Assembly (NCBI GenBank): GCA_016930175.1 | Contig: JAFGHJ010000013.1 | Location: forward strand, 164,745-228,744 | Source of the DNA: a candidate division WOR-3 bacterium | GTDB taxonomy: Bacteria > Hydrothermota > UBA3072 | Direction of reading: 5' to 3' | Length of the DNA stretch: 64,000 nt | In this document: positions 1 through 9,907 of the stretch, in pieces | How the letters are laid out: every line of letters begins with the position of its first letter | Numbering within the stretch: the first letter of the stretch is position 1 | Translations under genes and position numbers: made by a program | Notes under the pieces: generated by a model | What the model was told of the DNA's origin: nothing | Database searches by the model: none | What the model saw: only the letters and a program-made list of their open reading frames with translations

Positions 1-1340
1 GAAAAGGATATCTTTTCGCTGCAGAGAGAGGAGAAGCCTTTGATGGGCATGATTTTTATAAAGAAGCTCTGAATAATGGAGCTTGTGTTGTTTTGATAGA
101 AAAAGAAATATCTGAAGATATTCCGTATATTCTTGTTCCAAATACCAGAAGGGCTTTTTCCAGAATTACTTCTAATTATTATGGAAATCCATCCGCTAAG
201 TTAAGAGTTATAGGTGTTACAGGTACTAATGGTAAAACCACCACTTCTTACCTCCTTTCTTCCCTTTTCCCGAATTCTGTTTGTTTTAGCACGGTAAAGT
301 ATATTGGCGTTAGCAGTAAAATTAAAGCCATAAACACGACTCCTTCACCTATTTTACTGCATAGAGAAATAGCCGGAGCCTGCGAAAGAGGATTGGATAC
401 CGCTATTCTTGAAGTCTCTTCCATAGGTCTCGATCAGGATAGAGTTTCAGATGTGGATTTTGATTATGCAGTTTTTACGAATATTACCAGAGACCATTTA
501 GATTACCATAAGAATTTTGAAAATTATCGTAAAGCTAAAGCGAAATTTTTCGAAGGCCTAGGAGAGAATAAAATAGCGTTAATAAACGCTGATGACCCCG
601 AGGCTCCGTATTTTATTGCCTGTGCAAAATCGAAAGTCGTGACTTTCGGATTTAAAAGAGGCAATGTTATAGGAAATTTACTGCAGAATTCGGGAAAAGG
701 TTTAAATTTAAAAATTGATGGGATGGGTAGAAGTTTGGAAGTTTTTAGTCCCCTGATAGGGAATTTTAATGCTTCGAATGTTCTTACAGCAGTGGTTGTC
801 GGCATACTGGAGAATCTGAGTGATTCCGAGATTAAGGAGCGTATAGCAGAATCGAAACTTCCTCCCGGAAGACTGGAAAGAGTTGAATCTCCGGAAGGTA
901 TTTCGGTTTTTGTTGATTATGCTCACACTCCCGATGCCTTATTCTCTGTTATTTCTTCACTTAAAGAATATAATCCCTCAAAAATAATAACTGTTTTTGG
1001 GGCGGGAGGACACAGAGATAAAGGTAAAAGAGGATTAATGGGAGCTGTGGTCTCAGCGCTTTCGGATGTGATTATTGTTACTTCTGATAATCCTAGAGAT
1101 GAAGAGCCGGATGACATAATCGACAATATATTCGAAGGAATTTCAAATAAAAAGGCGATTAGGATAACGGATAGAAAAGAAGCAATTTTTAAAGCCCTAT
1201 CTATCGCGGGAAAAGGGGATTTTGTTTTGATTGCAGGAAAGGGACACGAAGATTATCAGGAAATAAAAGGGAAAAGAATCCCTTTCTCGGATAAAAAATG
1301 CGTAAAGGAGTTTTACAACTATGAGAGAAATAGAGCTTAA
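1..1340 (+). CDS. murE: UDP-N-acetylmuramoyl-L-alanyl-D-glutamate--2,6-diaminopimelate ligase (MurE), 5' end outside the window
   Basis: The reading frame is open back to position 3 (KGYLFAAERGEAFDGHDFYKEALNNGACVV...), so the gene starts upstream of the window. Mur ligase P-loop VIGVTGTNGKTTT. First gene of a murE-murF-mraY-murD block. Confidence 0.9.
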   Translation, partial: KGYLFAAERGEAFDGHDFYKEALNNGACVVLIEKEISEDIPYILVPNTRRAFSRITSNYYGNPSAKLRVIGVTGTNGKTTTSYLLSSLFPNSVCFSTVKYIGVSSKIKAINTTPSPILLHREIAGACERGLDTAILEVSSIGLDQDRVSDVDFDYAVFTNITRDHLDYHKNFENYRKAKAKFFEGLGENKIALINADDPEAPYFIACAKSKVVTFGFKRGNVIGNLLQNSGKGLNLKIDGMGRSLEVFSPLIGNFNASNVLTAVVVGILENLSDSEIKERIAESKLPPGRLERVESPEGISVFVDYAHTPDALFSVISSLKEYNPSKIITVFGAGGHRDKGKRGLMGAVVSALSDVIIVTSDNPRDEEPDDIIDNIFEGISNKKAIRITDRKEAIFKALSIAGKGDFVLIAGKGHEDYQEIKGKRIPFSDKKCVKEFYNYERNRA

Positions 1341-2655
1341 AAAGACTCTCGAAGTGTTAAACGGTAAGTATCTGGGAGGTAAAAGTATAGGACGCATGGT
1401 TTCAAGTGGAATATCTGTAGATTCGAGGACAATCAAGAAGAAAGAACTATTTTTTTCTCTTAAGGGAGAGAATTTTGATGGTCATAATTTTGTGGGTGAG
1501 GCTATTTTTAAATCGGGTCTTCCTGCTGTTGTATCCAAGAAGGTCAAAAATAAAGAAGTTATTTTGGTTGACGATACGCTTAAGAGTTTAGGAGATTTGG
1601 CTTCATATTATAAAGAAAAAACTGGTGTTTTCACAATAGCGGTTACCGGCTCATACGGAAAGACCACGACAAAAGATTTTATGGGTTCTATTTTTAACAG
1701 AAATTATTCTACCCTGGTATCTTATAAAAATTATAATAATCTTGTCGGTGTTCCTTTAAATTTATTTAGATTGAAAGATGAAAAAATTGCAGTTCTTGAA
1801 TTCGGAACCAATCAATTTGGTGAGATAAAGAGATTATCTGAAATTGTGAAGCCTGATATTGGCGTGATTACGGGTATCGGCGAAGCTCATCTGGAAGCTT
1901 TCGGGGATAAAAGAGGGGTTTTAAAGGAAAAGTCTGATATTGTAGCCGGGCTTAAAGGGCCCTTGTTTGTTAACGGAGATGATCCGTTGCTTCGAGATGT
2001 TAAAAAAGACAAAATTATTAAAGTAGGTTTTCTGGAGGATAACGATTTTGCCTTTAAAATATTGCAGGAATCAATCGATGGTACTGTTTTTTCAACTTCA
2101 GATATTAATTTTTGGATTAAATTACCGACACTTGGAATGTTGAGATGTGCTATGTTTGCTGTTTCTGTCGCGCTTCATTATGGGATTCCGCGTGAAGATA
2201 TTCAGGAGGGTCTAAAGACCGTGGGAAAATCTTCTCACAGGATGGAAATTAAAAGAACAGAAATGTTTAATATTGTTGATGACACTTATAATAGTAATCC
2301 ACAATCTCTTTTAAATGCTGTTTCTTTTCTTTCTCTTATGCCGGGCAGAAAAATAGTTGTCCTCGGCCCGATGTTGGAATTAGGGGAGAATAGTTTTTCG
2401 ATTCATAAAGAGATAGGTAAAAAACTTAAGTTCAGGGTTCATAAGTTGATTGCAATTGGTGAAGAAGCCAGGGGCTTTGTTGAGGGATATGAAGGCGGTT
2501 ATTTGGTTCCCAATAAAGAGAAGGCCCTTAAGAAACTTCATGAAATAATTAACAAAGGTGATACGGTATTGTTTAAATCTTCGCGAGCATTAAAACTTGA
2601 AACTCTGATTGAGCAATTACAGGAGGAAAATTGTTTTATTTACTCTCGCCTCTAA
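1321..2655 (+). CDS. murF: UDP-MurNAc-pentapeptide synthetase (MurF)
   Basis: Mur ligase P-loop IAVTGSYGKTTTKDF. Overlaps murE by 20 nt. Canonical dcw position. Confidence 0.9.
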   Translation: MREIELKKTLEVLNGKYLGGKSIGRMVSSGISVDSRTIKKKELFFSLKGENFDGHNFVGEAIFKSGLPAVVSKKVKNKEVILVDDTLKSLGDLASYYKEKTGVFTIAVTGSYGKTTTKDFMGSIFNRNYSTLVSYKNYNNLVGVPLNLFRLKDEKIAVLEFGTNQFGEIKRLSEIVKPDIGVITGIGEAHLEAFGDKRGVLKEKSDIVAGLKGPLFVNGDDPLLRDVKKDKIIKVGFLEDNDFAFKILQESIDGTVFSTSDINFWIKLPTLGMLRCAMFAVSVALHYGIPREDIQEGLKTVGKSSHRMEIKRTEMFNIVDDTYNSNPQSLLNAVSFLSLMPGRKIVVLGPMLELGENSFSIHKEIGKKLKFRVHKLIAIGEEARGFVEGYEGGYLVPNKEKALKKLHEIINKGDTVLFKSSRALKLETLIEQLQEENCFIYSRL

Positions 2656-3707
2656 GGGAAAATTTTATTATTTTTAATTTGTTGCGTTATATAACGTTTC
2701 GTTCCGCTTATGCTGCAATTACATCTCTTTTGATTTCACTAATATTAGGGAGAAAATTTGTTGTCTTTCTTAAAAATAAAGCTCTTACCGAATCTATTTC
2801 AAAGTGGATAAAGGATACGCACGGAAAAAAGGCGGGAACTCCAACGATGGGTGGATTATTAATCATAATTTCTTTGCTTGTTTCTGTTATGCTCTGGGCT
2901 GATATAAGGAATATTTTTATTCTATATTTAATTGGCATTACTGTATGGATGGGTATTTTTGGGGTATTTGACGATTATATAAAGGGGAAAAGAGGAGATG
3001 GCTTTAATGTTTTGACTAAAATAATAATACAAATTATACCTGCCGTTTTTATTGGTGTTATGTTTGTTCTTTTTCCTCTTAAGGGTGGTTATGAGACGTT
3101 GACAATAGCGCCTTTTTTTAAAAACGTTTTTATTAACCTTGGCTATTTTTATATACCTTTTATTATTCTGGTAATAATAGGAACGACTAATGCAGTTAAT
3201 ATAACGGATGGCATGGACGGGCTTGCGATAGGGCTTTCAAGTATTATAGCTATAGCATTTGCCATTATTGCTTATGTTACAGGTAACATAAAATTTGCAG
3301 AATATCTTAATCTGCTTTATATTCCGGGAAGCGGAGAGGTAACTGTCTTCTGCGCCGCATTTGTTGGTTCCTCTATTGGTTTTCTATGGTTTAATTCGCA
3401 CCCGGCGGAAATTTTTATGGGTGATACAGGTTCTCTTGCTATTGGCGGAATATTGGGGTTAATCGCGATTCTCCTAAAACATGAATTTTTGTTATTGGTG
3501 ATAGGGGGTGTTTTTGTAATAGAAACATTGTCCGTTATTCTGCAGGTTGCTTCGTTTAAGTTGACAGGCAAACGAATTTTCAAGATGGCTCCTATTCATC
3601 ACCATTTTCATCTTGTTGGCTGGCAGGAATCAAAAGTGGTTATTCGATTCTGGATTTGGGGTATTATGTTTGCTTTGCTTGGACTTAGCACGCTTAAGAT
3701 AAGGTAG
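2631..3707 (+). CDS. mraY: phospho-N-acetylmuramoyl-pentapeptide transferase (MraY)
   Basis: Polytopic membrane protein with MraY motifs NAVNITDGMDGLA and FMGDTGSLAIG. Position between murF and murD. Confidence 0.9.
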   Translation: MFYLLSPLRENFIIFNLLRYITFRSAYAAITSLLISLILGRKFVVFLKNKALTESISKWIKDTHGKKAGTPTMGGLLIIISLLVSVMLWADIRNIFILYLIGITVWMGIFGVFDDYIKGKRGDGFNVLTKIIIQIIPAVFIGVMFVLFPLKGGYETLTIAPFFKNVFINLGYFYIPFIILVIIGTTNAVNITDGMDGLAIGLSSIIAIAFAIIAYVTGNIKFAEYLNLLYIPGSGEVTVFCAAFVGSSIGFLWFNSHPAEIFMGDTGSLAIGGILGLIAILLKHEFLLLVIGGVFVIETLSVILQVASFKLTGKRIFKMAPIHHHFHLVGWQESKVVIRFWIWGIMFALLGLSTLKIR

Positions 3708-3716
3708 AGGGTACAA

Positions 3717-5009
3717 ATGATTGGTGTTATTGGTTATGGGCGAAGCGGAAAGGCAGTTTCAAAATTGATTGAAAGCCTTGGGGAAGCTCCTTTTGTAAGT
3801 GATTTAAGTCAGGATAGTTCTGATATACCGTATGCCAGTGAGTCGGGAAAACATACTGACAAATTGCTCGAAATGGACTTGTTGGTTGTTTCCCCCGGTG
3901 TATCCTTGAATATTCCTATACTTTTAAAAGCCAGAGAAAAGGGGATTCCTGTTATTGGTGAAGTCGAGTTTGCCTCAAGGTATATAAAAGGAAGGATTGT
4001 TGCGATTACTGGCACTAATGGTAAAACCACTACTGCTGCAATGACTCATCATATCCTGGAAAAATCACTCGATGATAAGGTCCTTCTTGGAGGGAATATT
4101 TATCCAGGGATGCCCTTGAGCAGTCTCGTCATGAAAAGCAAAGAAGATTCTGTAACTATTGTAGAAGTTTCTTCATATCAATTGGAGAGAATTAAAGATT
4201 TCCATCCATGGATTTCTGCAATAGTCAATGTCTCTCCTGATCATCTGGACAGGCATGAAGATTTTAAAGAATATTTGAACGCAAAATTAAATATTTTTAA
4301 AAACCAGGATTCTAATGATTATTCAATACTTAACAAAGACTACCCTGCCCTTGCGGCTCTTAATCTGTCTTCGAAGAGATTATATTTTTCTCTTACGGAG
4401 AAAAGCGATATTTATTTTAACGGTTCCGTTTTTGTGCGAGATGGAAAAAATAAAGAAGTCTTCAGTAAAGATGACTTATTTATGCCGGGAAACGCATTTA
4501 TAGAAGATGGAATGATTGCCGCTCTTATCGCCAATATTATAGGTCTAGACTGGGAGTCTGTCCGGGAGAGAATTCGTTCATTTCCCGGAGTCGAGCACAG
4601 AATGGAAACGGTTTTTAAGAACGATAACATGTGGATTATTAATAATTCTATGTGTACAAATCCTATTGCTTTTTTGAAATCTCTTGAATGTTTTCCTGAC
4701 TGCTGTGTTATTATCGGCGGCAGAATGAAAGTTGCGGACATTAGTCCTATAGTTAATGCTGTGAAAAAATTCGCCAAGTCTGCCGTTCTTATTGGAGAAT
4801 CGAGTAAGTTGATTTCCGATAATTTAAAAAATATAGGATTCATGGATTGGGTACTTGCTTCTTCTATGGAGGATGCTGTAGGGAAAGCTATAAGTACAAA
4901 GTGTGACAGAATAATTCTTTCTCCGGGAGGCTCGAGTTTTGACTGGTACAGAGACTTCAGAGAAAGGGGGGATGTTTTTAAGAAATTAGTGAGGGAAATT
5001 TATGGTTAA
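3717..5009 (+). CDS. murD: UDP-N-acetylmuramoylalanine--D-glutamate ligase (MurD)
   Basis: N-terminal Rossmann MIGVIGYGRSG. Mur ligase P-loop AITGTNGKTTT. Confidence 0.9.
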   Translation: MIGVIGYGRSGKAVSKLIESLGEAPFVSDLSQDSSDIPYASESGKHTDKLLEMDLLVVSPGVSLNIPILLKAREKGIPVIGEVEFASRYIKGRIVAITGTNGKTTTAAMTHHILEKSLDDKVLLGGNIYPGMPLSSLVMKSKEDSVTIVEVSSYQLERIKDFHPWISAIVNVSPDHLDRHEDFKEYLNAKLNIFKNQDSNDYSILNKDYPALAALNLSSKRLYFSLTEKSDIYFNGSVFVRDGKNKEVFSKDDLFMPGNAFIEDGMIAALIANIIGLDWESVRERIRSFPGVEHRMETVFKNDNMWIINNSMCTNPIAFLKSLECFPDCCVIIGGRMKVADISPIVNAVKKFAKSAVLIGESSKLISDNLKNIGFMDWVLASSMEDAVGKAISTKCDRIILSPGGSSFDWYRDFRERGDVFKKLVREIYG

Positions 5010-6150
5010 GCCGAGGGGAATAAAAATAGGATTAGTAGAGGTTATTCCTTTGTTGCTTGGCGCTTTCGGACTTATTATGGTTTTTTCGGCAAGTTCCGGT
5101 ATTTCTGTTTACAAAAGTGTGGTGCCGACCTCTTTTGTTAAACAGTTAATTTTATTTGTTTTTGGCGTGGGTTTGTTTTTTCTTACTTCTAAAATAAAGG
5201 TGAAATTCTGGGAAGAGTTTAATTTGTTTTTTATTATATTAGCGGGTTTCCTGCTTGTATTAACATATTTTTATGGTATCGAAATCAATGGTGCGCGAAG
5301 ATGGTTGGCGATAAAGATTTTTAATATGAGATTCTCTTTTCAGCCGTCTATTTTTGCCCAGTTCGCTCTGGTCATTTTCTTTGCGAAAAAGAGAGATTTT
5401 GGTATTTCAATCTTTGTTATTTCCGTTATTATGGGATTGATTATTATTCAGCCGGATATTTCAATGGCTTTTCTTACTTTAATTATTGGTACGGTAATGT
5501 TATTTTTGAATAGTACTAATGATGGTAAAGTTGCAGCTTTCTTTGCAATAATGCTTCTTGTCGGTGTGATTTTTATAACACGGGAGGGGTATGCTGTTAG
5601 CAGGATAAACAACCACATTAATAGTGACTCTTTAAACGCCACTGTTCAGGCTATTTCTCATGGTGGCTTTTCGGGATTGGGTTTGGGTAGCGGAATCGAG
5701 AAGTTCTTTTATATCCCTTTGCCGGATTCGGATTTTATCTTTTCAATAATAGGTGAAGAATTAGGGTTTACCGGATGTCTTTTTATTGTCGGATTGTTTG
5801 TTATTTATTTCATAAGTGCAATAAAATCAAGTCTAAGAGCTTCTAATGAATATTCTTCTTTGTTAGGATTAGGTCTGGTTCTATTTATAGGAGTATACGC
5901 TCTGTTGCATATTTACGTATCCCTGGGGATTGTACCGGTTACAGGCATACCTTTGCCTTTTATATCCAGTGGGGGTACTGCTTTAATCATGGCCTATATG
6001 GCAGGAGGTATTATTGTCTCAATCGAAAAAAACAATAATCGTATCAGGGGGAGGGACGGGAGGACACATCTATCCGGCTCTCGCAGTCGCTCGCAAAATA
6101 GAGGGAAAAGGGTACAGCGTGATTTATATAGGAAGCGGTTCGGGACTTGA
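5002..6150 (+). CDS. ftsW: SEDS family peptidoglycan glycosyltransferase FtsW
   Basis: About 10 transmembrane segments and a FtsW/RodA-like core. Sits between murD and murG. Its last about 45 codons overlap murG out of frame (see the findings list). Confidence 0.85.
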   Translation: MVKPRGIKIGLVEVIPLLLGAFGLIMVFSASSGISVYKSVVPTSFVKQLILFVFGVGLFFLTSKIKVKFWEEFNLFFIILAGFLLVLTYFYGIEINGARRWLAIKIFNMRFSFQPSIFAQFALVIFFAKKRDFGISIFVISVIMGLIIIQPDISMAFLTLIIGTVMLFLNSTNDGKVAAFFAIMLLVGVIFITREGYAVSRINNHINSDSLNATVQAISHGGFSGLGLGSGIEKFFYIPLPDSDFIFSIIGEELGFTGCLFIVGLFVIYFISAIKSSLRASNEYSSLLGLGLVLFIGVYALLHIYVSLGIVPVTGIPLPFISSGGTALIMAYMAGGIIVSIEKNNNRIRGRDGRTHLSGSRSRSQNRGKRVQRDLYRKRFGT

Positions 6151-7057
6151 GAGAGACTTTGTTGATATGAAAAACATGTATTTATTGCCGACAGTAGGTT
6201 GGGTAAATAAGAATTTACTAGGGAAAATTATTTTCGTTTTCCGATTTATTCCCGGATTTTTTTTCTCGATATGGTTGATTATCAGGAAAAAAGTTTGCGC
6301 GGTCTTTCATACAGGAGCTTTTGCTTCTTTACCTGTTAGTATGGCAGCAGTTATTTTAGGAGTGCCGGTTTTTACACTTGTTCTTGACTCAAAACCCGGG
6401 AAGGCTGTTAATTTTCTTTCCCGATTTTCGAAGGAAGTATTTTTGCCCTATGAGGAAGATTTTCCATCTCTTAGGGGAAGGAAAAAAGTTGTGACTGGTA
6501 TTCCAGTAAGAGATGAGCTTACGCGAGGAAAATATGGAGAAGCTGTCAATTATTTTTCTCTGATGCCCGGTAAGAAAACATTATTGGTAATCGGAGGTAG
6601 CCGTGGAGCAAAGTTTCTTGCCGAGCTTTCAGAGAAATTGATTCCCCTGATGAAAAAAGATTGGCAATTCATTATTCAGAGGGGAGATTTTAAAATAGTC
6701 TCTGACCATGAATGGGTCAGGCAATTTTCCTTTATAGATAGAATGGAGCTCGCTTATGCCCTGGGTGATGTAATTATTTCGCGAGCAGGGGCATCGGCTA
6801 CTGCAGAGATTGAAAATACAGGTATTCCGGCTGTATTGATTCCTTACCCGTATGCTTTTAGAGATCATCAATTTTTTAACGCAAAAAGACTTGCGTTTAT
6901 CAGAAACAATATAATAATAAAAAGAGAAAAAGAAGTAGAAGTGAAAAATTTTCCGGAATTAATTGAAACGCTTTACGGAGAAAAAATAAGCGTTAACGAA
7001 AGTACTTCGACAGAGAAAGTAGTCGAAAGGATTTTAGAGTATGTTCGGAAGGTTTAA
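6014..7057 (+). CDS. murG: UDP-GlcNAc:undecaprenyl-PP-MurNAc-pentapeptide GlcNAc transferase (MurG)
   Basis: N-terminal IIVSGGGTGGHIYPALA glycosyltransferase family 28 signature. dcw position. Confidence 0.9.
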   Translation: MSQSKKTIIVSGGGTGGHIYPALAVARKIEGKGYSVIYIGSGSGLERDFVDMKNMYLLPTVGWVNKNLLGKIIFVFRFIPGFFFSIWLIIRKKVCAVFHTGAFASLPVSMAAVILGVPVFTLVLDSKPGKAVNFLSRFSKEVFLPYEEDFPSLRGRKKVVTGIPVRDELTRGKYGEAVNYFSLMPGKKTLLVIGGSRGAKFLAELSEKLIPLMKKDWQFIIQRGDFKIVSDHEWVRQFSFIDRMELAYALGDVIISRAGASATAEIENTGIPAVLIPYPYAFRDHQFFNAKRLAFIRNNIIIKREKEVEVKNFPELIETLYGEKISVNESTSTEKVVERILEYVRKV

Positions 7058-8417
7058 AAAAGTACATTTCATTGGCATAGGCGGTATCGGTATGAGTGGT
7101 ATTGCCGAACTACTCTGGAATATGGGTTTCGAAGTAACCGGCAGTGATATCAAAGAATCGGAAAATATCAAAAGGCTTCAAAAATTAGGGATAAAGATTT
7201 CCATACCGCATAATAAAGATAATATTGATGATGCGGATGTTGTGGTTTATACTTCAGCTTTATCCAAAGACAACGTAGAACTGCAGCAGGCTAAGAAAAC
7301 TAATATCCCAATAAGCAGAAGGGCTGAGATGCTGGCTGAATTAATGAGAATCAAGTTTTCTATAGCCGTTGCAGGAACTCACGGTAAGTCTACAACGACT
7401 TCTCTCGTAGCTTCTATTTTAAGAGAGAAAGAACTTGATCCCACTATAATTGTCGGCGGGATACTCAGAAGCACCGGAAATAATGCGAGGTTGGGCGAAA
7501 GCGAGTACCTTGTTGCGGAAGCAGATGAAAGTGATCGTTCTTTTCTAAAATTATTTCCCACAGTTGCAGTTATCACTAATATAGATCTCGAGCACCTTGA
7601 TGTTTATAAAGACCTTGATGATATAAAAGATACATTTAAGAAATTTGCAAATTCGGTTCCATTTTATGGGGCTGTCCATCTTTCTATGGATGATCCTGTT
7701 TCTATTTCTATTCTTACGGAAATCGAGAGAAAAGTAATAACTTTTGGGATTTCTCCAAATGCAGATGTGAAAGGGATGAATATCAAAAGAGAAGGTTTTT
7801 CCCATAGTTTCGATCTTGTTTCAAACGGAAATAGTATAAAAAATATTCAGGTCAATCTTCCGGGTAGGCATAACGTAATTAATGCTATAGCTGCCTGTTC
7901 TGTTGCTTTAGAGCTAGGGGTTGATTCGGAGAGTATTAAAAAGGGGATAAGCAAATGTACGGGCATTGCCAGAAGATTTGAAAAACGAGGGTTTGAAAAA
8001 GGTATTCTTGTTATAGACGATTATGCTCATCATCCGAGAGAGATCGAGGCTACTCTTTCCGGAGCGAGGGCAGGTTGGGATGGAAGAATATTGGCGGTAT
8101 TCCAACCGCATTTATTTTCAAGAACCATATTACTCAAAAAAGAATTTGGGAAAGCCTTTTTCCAGGCTGATAAAGTTATTATTACTGATATTTATGCGGC
8201 GAGGGAAGAACCAATACCCGGAGTTACAGGAGAAATCATTAAAGAGCAGTGCAGGAATTTTGGTCACAAAGATGTTGAATATATCGAAAATAAAGAAGAA
8301 ATACCGAAATTTTTAATTCCGCAGCTTTCAAAAGGGGATATGGTGATTCTACTTGGCGCGGGGGATATTTATAAAATTGCAAAGGATATACTTGATGGAA
8401 TTAGAAGTAAAAGGTAA
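7041..8417 (+). CDS. murC: UDP-N-acetylmuramate--L-alanine ligase (MurC)
   Basis: HFIGIGGIGMSGIA N-terminal motif and AVAGTHGKSTTTS P-loop. Confidence 0.9.
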   Translation: MFGRFKKVHFIGIGGIGMSGIAELLWNMGFEVTGSDIKESENIKRLQKLGIKISIPHNKDNIDDADVVVYTSALSKDNVELQQAKKTNIPISRRAEMLAELMRIKFSIAVAGTHGKSTTTSLVASILREKELDPTIIVGGILRSTGNNARLGESEYLVAEADESDRSFLKLFPTVAVITNIDLEHLDVYKDLDDIKDTFKKFANSVPFYGAVHLSMDDPVSISILTEIERKVITFGISPNADVKGMNIKREGFSHSFDLVSNGNSIKNIQVNLPGRHNVINAIAACSVALELGVDSESIKKGISKCTGIARRFEKRGFEKGILVIDDYAHHPREIEATLSGARAGWDGRILAVFQPHLFSRTILLKKEFGKAFFQADKVIITDIYAAREEPIPGVTGEIIKEQCRNFGHKDVEYIENKEEIPKFLIPQLSKGDMVILLGAGDIYKIAKDILDGIRSKR

Positions 8418-8418
8418 G

Positions 8419-9285
8419 ATGTTATTTGATGAGCCTCTTTCCGCTCACACTTCGCTTCATCTTGGAGGGAAAGCAAGATATTTCCTTATGTCGGCCGATG
8501 CCGATGATATTTCTGAAGCAGTTTCTTTTGCTAGGGAAGAAGGGCTTACGAGTTTCGTAATGGGTAAGGGCTCAAATATACTTTTTTCGGATGAAGGTTT
8601 TTCCGGGATTATTATATGTACGGAAAATATGAGAAAACTTGACGTATATAATAATAAGTTGACTGCGCAGGCTGGAGCCGGTTTGTCCGAGGCAATAAAT
8701 GTTGCGAAAGAATCTTCTCTTTCGGGTTTTGAGTCGCTGTCGGGTATCCCCGGAAGTGTTGGAGGCGCTTCTGTAATGAATGCGGGCGCTTTCGGTTGTG
8801 AGATAGGTAATTATATAAAATCAGTTAAGGTTTTAAGAGATGGCGAGGAAGTCAAGCTTACCGATATACGATTCGATTACAGACAATCCAGTTTTTCGGA
8901 TGAAATTGTTATAGAGGTGGAATTTTCCTTGACCGAAAGAGAAAAAAGGGAAATTGAAAATAAAATAAAGGAAATAAATACGCTCAGGAAAGAAAGGCAG
9001 CCTCTTTCTTCTAAAGAGTCGGGAACCTGCGGTTCGGTTTTCAAGAATCCGGAAGGTCTTGCTGCCGGAAAATTGATTGAAAAATCGGGATGCAAGGGAA
9101 TGAAAATCGGAGGGGCGAGAGTTTCCGAGAAACATTGTAATTATTTTCTCACCCACCCGGGCGCTACATCCAGGGATTTTATTGAATTGATAAAAGTCGT
9201 TAGGGATGAGGTCGAAAGAAAATTAGGGATTGCTTTGGAATTGGAGGTAAAAATAATTGGCAAAGAAAAAGAAGTCGATATTTAG
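8419..9285 (+). CDS. murB: UDP-N-acetylenolpyruvoylglucosamine reductase (MurB)
   Basis: FAD-binding PCMH-type domain followed by the MurB C-terminal domain. The start is set at ATG 8419, which has an AAAGG Shine-Dalgarno sequence just after the murC stop. The six-frame ORF track began further upstream, inside murC. Confidence 0.85.
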   Translation: MLFDEPLSAHTSLHLGGKARYFLMSADADDISEAVSFAREEGLTSFVMGKGSNILFSDEGFSGIIICTENMRKLDVYNNKLTAQAGAGLSEAINVAKESSLSGFESLSGIPGSVGGASVMNAGAFGCEIGNYIKSVKVLRDGEEVKLTDIRFDYRQSSFSDEIVIEVEFSLTEREKREIENKIKEINTLRKERQPLSSKESGTCGSVFKNPEGLAAGKLIEKSGCKGMKIGGARVSEKHCNYFLTHPGATSRDFIELIKVVRDEVERKLGIALELEVKIIGKEKEVDI

Positions 9286-9904
9286 AGTACGATATTTATT
9301 GATATTGGTGATTATGTGTTTTTTATATAGAATACTTGTTATTTCTCTTCCCATTGAAAAAGCTCATATAAGTTATGAGAGGGAAGTTACGGAGAATAAA
9401 AAGAACGAAATCGGAAATATAGTTAAGAAAACAGGGATAGGCGATTTAAGGTCTTTAAGAGACTCGATTGAATCTCTTACATGGGTAGAGGTAGTTGATT
9501 TAAGAAGAAATATTTTAAGCAGGCTTAAGATTGTTGTTACTCCAAGAGTACCCGTGGTCAGAATTGCCGGGGCTAAGGATAAGGTTATCGATGAAGAAGG
9601 TTTTATTTTTAGCGACGACAGAGCCGACTCTCTGCCGATAGTTGTATTAGGCAAAGGAGTTTCCGGTGAAGAAATAGCACAAGCACTCAGAATTCTCGAG
9701 ATTCTGACTGCGCTTAATATTGATAAAATGCGGATCAATCGTGGAGATGTTATAACAAAATGTTCGAATTTTGAGGTTATATGGGGAAACGATAAATTCG
9801 AAAGAAAGTACGAAATACTTAAACGTATACTGGGGGATAACATAAGTGAGTTTAGCGGGAAAATAGACTTCAGGTTTAAAAACATGGTGGTTTTAAGGAG
9901 GTAA
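9257..9904 (+). CDS. ftsQ: cell division protein FtsQ/DivIB-like
   Basis: Single N-terminal transmembrane helix (LLILVIMCFLYRILVISL) followed by a periplasmic POTRA-like region. Position between murB and ftsA. Shorter than typical FtsQ. Confidence 0.6.
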   Translation: MAKKKKSIFRVRYLLILVIMCFLYRILVISLPIEKAHISYEREVTENKKNEIGNIVKKTGIGDLRSLRDSIESLTWVEVVDLRRNILSRLKIVVTPRVPVVRIAGAKDKVIDEEGFIFSDDRADSLPIVVLGKGVSGEEIAQALRILEILTALNIDKMRINRGDVITKCSNFEVIWGNDKFERKYEILKRILGDNISEFSGKIDFRFKNMVVLRR

Positions 9905-9907
9905 GCA

